Shown one piece after another: positions 55,608 to 64,000 of a stretch of 64,000 nucleotides of DNA (position 1 is its first letter; each line of letters begins with the position of its first letter). The stretch is from contig OX597830.1 of NCBI GenBank assembly GCA_951406725.2, forward strand, positions 75,516,001 through 75,580,000, given 5' to 3'. The notes beneath the pieces were generated by a model. That model did not search any database. It was not told the DNA's origin and worked only from the letters and a program-made list of their open reading frames with translations. The stretch comes from Octopus vulgaris. Taxonomy: Eukaryota. A program made the translations under genes and the position numbers.

Positions 55608-55935
55608 TTCACTCAAAATCTCTCGTGGAAGCGTCATCCAACCAAAATGCAAATATATGGGAAACTACCACCAGTATCATCTCTTGTGAAAGGTAGGAGT
55701 GTCCAGTTTGCTGGACATTGTTGTAAGCTGGAAATGAGGCAATTTCTACTCTTCTTCTCTGGAAGCCATCTACTCGCGATACCAGAGGACGCACACTCTC
55801 CTACACTGATGTAATCTCCAGGGATACAGGCATCCAGCAACAGGGCCTCCGTAATGCTATGATGGACCGTGTAGTCTGGCGTAGCATGGTAAATTCCATT
55901 GTCTCGACCACGGTCGAACAATGATGATGATGATG
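55608..55935 (+). mobile_element. RTE-clade LINE 3' fragment
   Basis: NLSWKRHPTKMQIYGKLPPVSSLVKGRSVQFAGHC...LRNAMMDRVVWRSMV with a (TGA)n tail. Confidence 0.85.
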
Positions 55936-56342
55936 TAGTTTCACTAGAACCTCCACAGCTACTATCATCTGTTTCACAGCAGTCTCTTAAAGACATTTAT
56001 ACATCGACTCCATCAGAACTCCTTCGAGTATTTTCTCATAGTTTCCACTGAAAATTCTACAAATAATGACAAAGATAATTTTTCTGTCAGATGCATTTCT
56101 AGAGAACATTAGAGTTGATTTCTAGAAATATTCCATTAAACCAATCGATTAATTACAGAAATGCGTACGCGTGCAACTTGTACCCCATTACACTTCATAT
56201 CATTGTCAACGTTATCATCGTTTACATCATCACCAACATCACTACAATGAAGCTTATATGCATATAACGTACATCCATGTTCATATACAATCTCCCTCTC
56301 TCACACACACAGACACAAAGATACATACAAACGCGCACATGT

Positions 56343-56487
56343 ATTCCGCCGAGGTCAACTTTGCCTTTCATCCTTTCGGGGTCGATAAATAAAGTACCAG
56401 TTTCGCACTGGGGGCGATATAATCGACTCAATCCCTTCGCCTGTCCTTGTTTGTCCCCTCTATGTCTAGCCCCTTGTGGGCAGTAAA

Positions 56488-56491
<4 letters not shown>
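56343..56491 (+). mobile_element. SINE family B, 5'-truncated
   Basis: ATTCCGCCGAGGTCAACTTTGCCTTTCATCCTTTCGGGGTCGATAAA. Confidence 0.88.
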
Positions 56492-56523
<32 letters not shown>

Positions 56524-56600
56524 CAGCCAAAAAAACGTTTGCTACTATACGAAAAACCAAAATACACACACACACACACACACACACACTTTGTTATTAT

Positions 56601-56643
<43 letters not shown>

Positions 56644-56649
<6 letters not shown>

Positions 56650-56875
56650 AAACTGAGAATGTGCGTCTGTCTGTCTGTCTGTCTTTGTGAATCAATAAAA
56701 CTCGAGAACTACACAACCAATTTCATTCAAATTTTACACATGCTTTACTTAGGGTCCATGTAGTGTCATGGGCAAAAAAATGTTTAACTTCTCGCCTAGG
56801 GCGAGCCCACAGAGATATCACATTTTCTCCACTATTTCAGTATTACGTGTTCAGAGTGAAACAAAAGCATCTCTC
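56644..56875 (+). mobile_element. 5' fragment of a non-autonomous Helitron-like element
   Basis: TATATAAAACTGAGAATGTG.(GTCT)n...AACCAATTTCATTCAAATTTTACACA resembles Helitron 5' ends; no 3' CTAG hairpin seen. Confidence 0.5.
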
Positions 56876-56913
56876 TATTGTATGTATATGGATGTATAAA
56901 TATATAAATATAT

Positions 56914-56946
<33 letters not shown>

Positions 56947-57125
56947 CGTATATATGTATATGTATAGCTGTATATGTATACATGTATATGTATAGCTGTT
57001 TAGATATACATGTATGTCTAGATGTATATATAGATGTACATGTAATATGTACACACATATATATATACACATATATACACGCATACATATATACACCCAT
57101 ACACACATACACACACACATACATA

Positions 57126-57430
57126 GGTGCAGGTGTGGCAACAAACTTGGTTCCAAAACACATGGTCCTCAGTTCAGTCCCACGGTGAGGTAACTTGGCA
57201 TGTGTCTTCTGCTATAGCCTGAGACCAACCAAAACCTTGTCAGTGGATTTTTAAACAGAAACTGAAAGAAATCAATTGTATGTATATATATGAATATATG
57301 TAAGTCTATGTGCGTGTATTTGTGTTTCTCCCTTATCACTGCTTTCCAACTGGTGTTCGTTTATTTACATCCCCACAACTTACTGGTTTCACAAGAAGAT
57401 ACTGATAGAATAAGTACCAGGCTTATCAAA
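57126..57430 (+). mobile_element. SINE family A, diverged
   Basis: GGTGCAGGTGTGGC...GTGTCTTCTGCTATAGCC...GATAGAATAAGTACCAGGCTT. Confidence 0.78.
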
Positions 57431-57598
57431 ATATAAAAAAAAGCACTATGCAGTGTCTCATATTTTTGTATGCCCGCTCAGTCGTACCCATCAATTTATC
57501 TTTGTGTGTGTGTGTGTATACATATATATACATACATACATACATACATACATACATACATACATACATACATACATACATACATACATACACATACA

Positions 57599-57811
57599 CG
57601 AGGAGATGTTCAAAACTTATTGTCTTTGGGTAAAAGAATATACAGGACGATCAGTTGTGATTTTATTCAACATATTTCCTTCTAAGATTCACACATTTAT
57701 TGCAGCAGGTTTTCAGCCTTTCTAAGCCTTGCAAAAGTACTTGTATGGTTGAGTCTCCAACCAGGCCTTTCAAGACACCCGTAAAGCCAGGAACTTTTCA
57801 GCATCCCCTCA
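57599..57811. mobile_element. Mariner-derived MITE
   Basis: Imperfect TIRs: CGAGGAGATGTTCAAAACTTATTGTCTTT vs reverse complement TGAGGGGATGCTGAAAAGTTCCTGGCTTT; TA on the right flank. Confidence 0.65.
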
Positions 57812-57819
57812 TATATATC

Positions 57820-57923
<104 letters not shown>

Positions 57924-58019
57924 TGCAGTTGCATGAACACACACGATTAAAATATAATGTTTGTGTGTGTACGTATACGTTTATAATTACACACATATAG
58001 GCAGAAACGTATAATTCAT

Positions 58020-58445
58020 TTCATATTTTGGCACAATGCCAAAGATTTCGGTCGGTAGCAGAGGGGTTTTGGAGGGGAGTCGATTATATTGACCCTAGTG
58101 TCTACGGCAGTGGTTTTCAACCAGGGTTCCGTCAGTACAGTCCAGGGGTTCCGCAAGAAGTTACAAAACTGCTAAAATCGGCAGTAATTTTTAATTCTCC
58201 TGTGCAGATATGTGTGCATAAGACTATCAAATTATTGCACAGGGGTTCCTCGAGCCAGTGGAATGTTTCCTTGGGGTTCCGCTCCAGCAAAAAGTTTGAA
58301 AAGCACTGGTCTACGGGTACAAGTTTTGTCGACCCTGAAAAGATAAAAGTGACAAAGTGGGGAATTTGAACTCGGAACGTAAAGACGGACGAAATGTCGC
58401 AAAGTACGTTTGCCGGCGTGCTAACGATTCTGCCAGCTCGCCGCC
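58020..58445 (-). mobile_element. SINE family B interrupted by the hAT MITE
   Basis: GTCGATTATATTGACCCTAGTG before the MITE and GGTAC...GGAATTTGAACTC...GCCAGCTCGCCGCC after it. Confidence 0.85.
58108..58308. mobile_element. hAT-superfamily MITE (201 bp) with 8-bp TSD
   Basis: TIR CAGTGGTTTTCAACC / GTTTGAAAAGCACTG; identical TSD GTCTACGG at 58100-58107 and 58309-58316. Confidence 0.92.
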
Positions 58446-59113
58446 TTGCGCAAACATAGAATTGTTTGCAGTTGATGCACCCCTCCACAGACACACACAC
58501 TGGCCTTCTCTCTCTCACACAAGCACATATATATTTACCCATATGTATATGTAGAGACACACAAAGACAGAGAACAGAATTCATAATTATAAAGCCATGC
58601 GGGTATGTGAATATATCTGTAAACACTGTATGTCTATAAACTTGGCATGTTCTATTCTCATTTTTCCATTTTCGATATTGACTGCACTTGTTCTTGTTAT
58701 CTACATTAATATAGAACTAGCTGCGTCAGCTAACGACCTTTGACCACGATTGGCCAACATGTTTCTGAAATATCCCCTACCCTATTTCATCATTCCTTCC
58801 TCCCTCACATACACACTTTGCCTGTTCTGATTTTTGTTCGGCGATGCTAGTGGTGAGTGGGGGAAAGAGGAAGGTAATTTTTCATTTATTTATTTTGTTT
58901 TTGTTTTTATACAAGGGACGTTAACTCTTATTATGCCACGTGTTGACACTGAACCTTGACATCAAAGATAAAAACCACTGTCGAAATGAACCTGTATTCT
59001 TTTGTCTGTTAGTATTGACGATACACAGATTTCATGTAACAGTAGCAACAACAAAAGCAACAACAGCAAGAGCAACACCAGCAGTTTTAGTAGTAGTATT
59101 AGTAGTAGTAGTA

Positions 59114-59177
<64 letters not shown>

Positions 59178-59426
59178 TACATTGTTAGTACGCTGTTGTT
59201 CTTGTGGTCTTTGTAGGTATATTGTGGCAATGATGCTTGTTGTTTGTAGCGCTGTTGTTCAGCATTGATTGTGCAATGGATTCTATTCTAATCTACGGTA
59301 GGGGGAGCTGCTTTCTTCTTTCCTAACCCAACCTCACCTAGACTGTTAACACAGTGAGGAGGAGGGAGCATACAAACACACACACACGTATATATATATA
59401 TATATATATATACATACATATAAATG

Positions 59427-59537
<111 letters not shown>

Positions 59538-59959
59538 GTACATATATTTATAGACCATGATATAGGGGGAGTGGCGAGGCTGGGCATTCTAAGTTTTCCC
59601 ATATTCATACATTATCTAGCTGGTGATTACAAACTCGTCTAGTTGATTGAAATTATCGTAAATAATATTTATTCCGCAGCTTTCAGGAGATAAAAGAAAA
59701 GGCTTTGTGACTCTTCAAGAACGTTTTTCGTCAGGCACCGTAGAACAGCGATGGAATTCAACTAAAAACAGCGACATATTTTAGCGTTGGCGAACATTTT
59801 GCTCTTTCGCTTGCTGGCTTTATTCATTCCTTTAGTTTTCCGTTCATCTTTGTTATCAAAAATTGGGAAGCGCAGTTGAAAACTTTTAGGATAATTCAAT
59901 TTCGTTGCTGTGAAGACATAGATACTCACAGGCAAATACATATACACGAGCACAGCTTA

Positions 59960-59999
<40 letters not shown>

Positions 60000-60519
60000 G
60001 CACATGCGGACAAACACGTATATATGAACAATTTGTTTGTGCCCCAATATAAATATGCATATACGTATATAGACGCATATATACACTTATTATTTATATA
60101 TATATATAATAATAAGTGTGTATATATATATGTGATCACATATACATACACTCTCTTTCTCTCTCTCTTCCTCTCTCTCTCTCTTTCTCCTCCTCCTCTC
60201 TTTCCCACTCAACATTGCAGTCCCTTGTTTGTGAACTCCTTGCTGCATGGCATTTGACCTGTGGACAACAATAGCCAAACAACACACATGCTCTACTAAA
60301 CAAAAAATCATTAACCCCGCCACCATCCCTCCGTCCTTTTGCCCCCCCCTTTTCTTTTTTATCCTCTTTCTCTTTCATCTTTCTCTCTCTCTCTCTCTCA
60401 TCCTTCCATTAAGAACACACTTGCCAAAATTACCAAACAACAGCTCTAAGACCATGGCACAAACAGAGCGATGGACAACATAAATAGCCACTACCAACAC
60501 TGGCACCCACGTCGACCGC

Positions 60520-61400
60520 CACCATGTGCCCCAACACCGCCACCACCACCACCACCACCACCACAACAACAACAGCTATAGCCACATATTGCCACCAATA
60601 ATAACGACAACAGTAAACATCATCACGTTGCCAATTACGAAGACTAAGCAACACTGATAATAAAATTAGCAGTGCCTACCACACAGATCACTAGGATAAA
60701 CCAACACAACAAAACAACAATAACAGCAACAACAACGACAACGATGACGACGACGACGACGACGACAATGAAGGCAATGACCTCCACCACCACTGCCACC
60801 GTCACCACCACTGCCCACGCCACATCAGCATCATTATCTCCAATACAGCCACTATCGAAACAACCATTACCCTACCACCACTACCACCACCACCACCACC
60901 ACCACCAGTATCACCACCACTGACCCCGCGCCGCCGCACCACCACCACCACCACCACTGCTGCTGCTCCCAGTTTTAACCACAACCACCGCAGTCACCAC
61001 CACCACCACCACCATCACCGCCACCGTCGCCGCCACCGCCACCACCGCCTCTGCGCCCGCTCCTCCACGCCGTCGCTGCCAATTCAGCTTTGCCAACAAC
61101 CATTAGAAGCTCCACCGCTTCCACCACCTCACCACAACAGCTATCACAATTACCTCAACCACAACCGCAGCCTATACTGTTACTATTACAAACAAAACTA
61201 TCAACACCACATCACCACCAATACCATTGCCGACACCTCATCACCACCGCTGTTATCAAAAACCACTACCAACAACAAAACGACATCTATAATACCTATA
61301 ATTCAACTTACACAACAATCATTGCAAACACCACCACCGCAACTATAGCCTATACATCTATAACAAACAAAATCACCAACACAACCCACGTAATTGTCAA
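60520..61400. repeat. Degenerate (CAC)n/(CAA)n/(GCC)n low-complexity field
   Basis: Direct reading; no coherent long ORF. Confidence 0.8.
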
Positions 61401-61414
61401 CACCAGCTCCCAGT

Positions 61415-61760
61415 GGAGGCGCAATAGCCCAGTGGTTAGGGCAGCGGACTCGCGGTCGGCGGATCGCGGTTTCGATTCCCAGACCCGGCGTTGTGTGTGT
61501 TTATTGAGCGAAAATACCTAAAGGCTCGGGAAGGGATTGGTGGTGACCCCTGTTGTACTCTCTCGCCCCAATTTTTTCTCACTTCCTACGCAACCGCTGA
61601 TCCTGGATGCGCATTCATCCATCCGTCGATACTCTCGGTGTCGGGGGTTAACTTGTTTTCTCTTCTGCGGGTCTTACGAATAGCAAAGGACCACGATTCG
61701 GACTTCTCCCACTGCGAGCTCAGAGACGAATACTGCTTCGCTCAACAGCAACAGCAACAC
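61415..61760 (+). mobile_element. tRNA-Arg-like SINE (OR-type)
   Basis: GGAGGCGCAATAGCCCAGTGGTTAGGGCAGCGGACTCGCGGTC...GGTTTCGATTCCC; head shared with the 24327-24626 copy but a different 3' body. Confidence 0.78.
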
Positions 61761-61944
61761 CAGCTCCAATACCATTTTTTTTATATATTAACTATTGCTT
61801 CAAACATTAGCAAAACCACAACATCTATGAACACCACCGCTAATACAGCTATAAGTTCTTATAGCTATTAGAAACCCCGCCACCGCAAACGTTACCATTG
61901 CATAAACCACAACGACCATCACCGCTGCAAATAATCCCCGTATA

Positions 61945-62320
61945 GGCGCAGGAGTGGCTGTGTGGTAAGTAGCTTGCTTACCAACAACATGGTTCCGGGT
62001 TCAGTCCCACTGCATGGCACCTTGGGCAAGTGTCTTCTACTATAGCCTCGGGCCGACCAAGGCCTTGTGACTTAATTTGATAGACAGAAACTGAAAGAAG
62101 CCCGTCGTATATATGTATATGTGTGTCAGTGTTTGTCCCCCAAAAATCGCTTGACAACCGATGCTGGTGTGTTTACGTCCCCGTAACTTTGCGGTGCGGC
62201 AAAAGAGACCGATAGAATAAGTACTAGGCTTACAAAGAATAAGTCCTAGGGGTTGATTTGCTCGACTAAAGGCGGTGCTCCAGCATGGCTGCAGTCAAAT
62301 GACTGAAACAAGTAAAAGAG
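61945..62320 (+). mobile_element. SINE family A, full-length reference copy
   Basis: A box TGGCTGTGTGG, B box GGTTCAGTCCC, CORE-like CACCTTGGGCAAGTGTCTT, internal TA/TG tract, LINE-like tail GGCGGTGCTCCAGCATGGCTGCAGTCAAATGACTGAAAC. Confidence 0.93.
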
Positions 62321-63035
62321 CAAACGAGTAAAGACTTAACCATTAATAGAAGCTTTACGTCATAAGATTATAATACTTATAACACTATTAACAGCAGAAG
62401 TGTATTAACAGAGCAAGCAGTAAAAAAATAAAATCGTGGTTTTTCCTGACATGTACTCTGCAGTTCTTAAGGAAATTACCGGCAGCAACAAGATAAATAT
62501 GAACGTAAACACCAATTACAGTGAGTGGTTATTGCAAGGAACACTACAATAATAACAGAATACATAAAGAGCATCGTATACAGACCGAAGAATTTCTCTG
62601 GAGGTCGCAAATAAATGTTTTGCCGTCACTCGGAAGAGATCATGTTTTGATCGCATGTAGCAAGTATTTGTTATTTATTTTCGGCATCCGTGAAAGTCGT
62701 GAGCAGGCATAGATATTGTATCGACCTTTCTACTCTTGACCCAGTGGGACATCTAAGTGTGGCAATTGGAAAGAGGGAAAGAGGGGGAGAGGGTGAAAGG
62801 AAGAGATACAAACGCACAGACAGAAAGAGATGGGAAAAAAGATAAAGGGAAAAAGAGAGAATGGGTGCAGCACAGGATTTGAGCTGTTAATGCTTTTCAT
62901 ATGAGAAATTTTGGCTGCATAAAATAAAGTGTCTTGCTCTAGGAGATAACGATCCGCACAGTCTAGGAATCGAACCATCTAACTTATAATCGAATAGTTA
63001 ACCATTAAGCCATGTGGCTTTGCAGCTTGAATATC

Positions 63036-63104
63036 TATAATTAAGAATGCACTGGAGATTTAATTCTTTAAAAATGCATGGAAGGTTGCATATATACATA
63101 CATT

Positions 63105-63163
<59 letters not shown>

Positions 63164-63220
63164 GTATGTATATATGCAACCTTCCATGCATTTTTAAAGA
63201 ATTAAATCTCCAGTGCATGC

Positions 63221-63229
<9 letters not shown>
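63036..63229. repeat. Inverted duplication (about 68-bp arms) around a central (TA)n
   Basis: TATAATTAAGAATGCACTGGAGATTT...CATACATTT / AAATGTATG...AAATCTCCAGTGCATGCTTAATTATA; one mismatch. Confidence 0.95.
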
Positions 63230-63271
<42 letters not shown>

Positions 63272-63342
63272 TATATAATGCATGTATATGTACGTGCATA
63301 CACATATACACACATAAATATATATGTAAGAGTGTATAATGC

Positions 63343-63398
<56 letters not shown>

Positions 63399-63575
63399 GT
63401 AAATAAATGGAGCTGAACGAAGATATTAAAATTCTTTTACTTTCGACATATGTATCAAAGACAACATTGGTTTTATTCCAAAGGAATATACGGTGTAAAA
63501 TGCAATTTTCTCACCAGAAAAAAAAGAGAGCCTATTCCTCCGTCTTTCTTTTCTCTTGGACTTTCCTCTGTCTCC

Positions 63576-63612
63576 TGTTTCTGAAGAAGAGCTTTGCTCG
63601 AAATGTAAAACA
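63576..63612 (+). ncRNA. Minimal hammerhead ribozyme related to family C
   Basis: TGTTT-CTGAAGA-A-GAGC-TTT-GCTC-GAAA-T-GTA-AAACA; ATGT is probably decayed from palindromic ACGT. Confidence 0.7.
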
Positions 63613-63679
63613 ACCTTTCTTTCCTTCCCTCTACATAGAAGAAGGGGGTGACCCATTCGGTCTCGAATGACCGTGGGAT

Positions 63680-63963
63680 TACACATAGAAAGTTTCTCAC
63701 CGAGGGATAACTCTGGGCAAGGCTGCGGAAGGCCAGCAGTTGCCCATGCATATCAGGTTCCTCTCTCCACAATTTGGATGTTGTCTAAAAGGGAGGCACA
63801 GGCCGATACATCTTGGCACCAGTGACGTCACAACTCATTTCTACAGCTGTGTGAACTGGAGCAACGTGAAATAAAGTGTCCCGCTTAAGAACGCAGCTCA
63901 CAGCCCAGTCCGGGAATCGAACTCACCACCTTATGACTCTGAGCCCGTCGCTCAAACGACTGA
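63680..63963 (-). mobile_element. CORE-type tRNA-derived SINE
   Basis: Plus strand ...GTGAAATAAAGTGTC...GGGAATCGAACTCACCACCTT is the reverse-complement B box and CORE region; a similar fragment lies at about 62915-63017. Confidence 0.7.
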
Positions 63964-64000
63964 TATATGTATATATATAGATGTATATATACGTACATAT

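Noticed and set aside
61415-61490. tRNA-Arg gene
   Set aside because: Runs directly into a SINE body and lacks a proper acceptor stem; the same holds for the other SINE heads.
60430-61521. His/Gly/Thr-rich exon of a transcription factor
   Set aside because: Frames are short and interrupted, with no recognisable domain or splice pattern; cannot be fully excluded without RNA-seq.

Overview
AT-rich, microsatellite-saturated eukaryotic DNA, most likely an Octopus (coleoid cephalopod) intron or intergenic region; this is inferred from recalled SINE families and repeat content. No host protein-coding gene can be supported, and nearly all listed ORFs are translations of (TA)n, (CA)n, (ATC)n or (TAT)n tracts. 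Recognisable content: many tRNA-derived SINEs of about four families; a 5'-truncated CR1-group LINE with an open RT ORF (14291-15343) whose tail matches the commonest SINE tail; four R4/Dong-type RLE-LINE remnants beside (CATA)n; an RTE 3' end; two internally deleted Tc1/mariner elements; a mariner MITE; a hAT MITE with an 8-bp TSD; non-autonomous Helitrons; and a full-length U6 retro-pseudogene fused to a SINE/LINE tail. The most striking unannotated signal is a set of about nine complete or near-complete minimal type I hammerhead ribozymes plus several half-sites, from several unrelated short non-coding families. Nearly all have a palindromic stem III. Most sit next to (TA)n, and several have fold-back (inverted) 5' ends. 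One (16113-16646) has a permuted junction compatible with a 360-nt circular or tandem template, suggesting a Penelope/retrozyme-like system. All motifs were read by eye; repeat boundaries are approximate.
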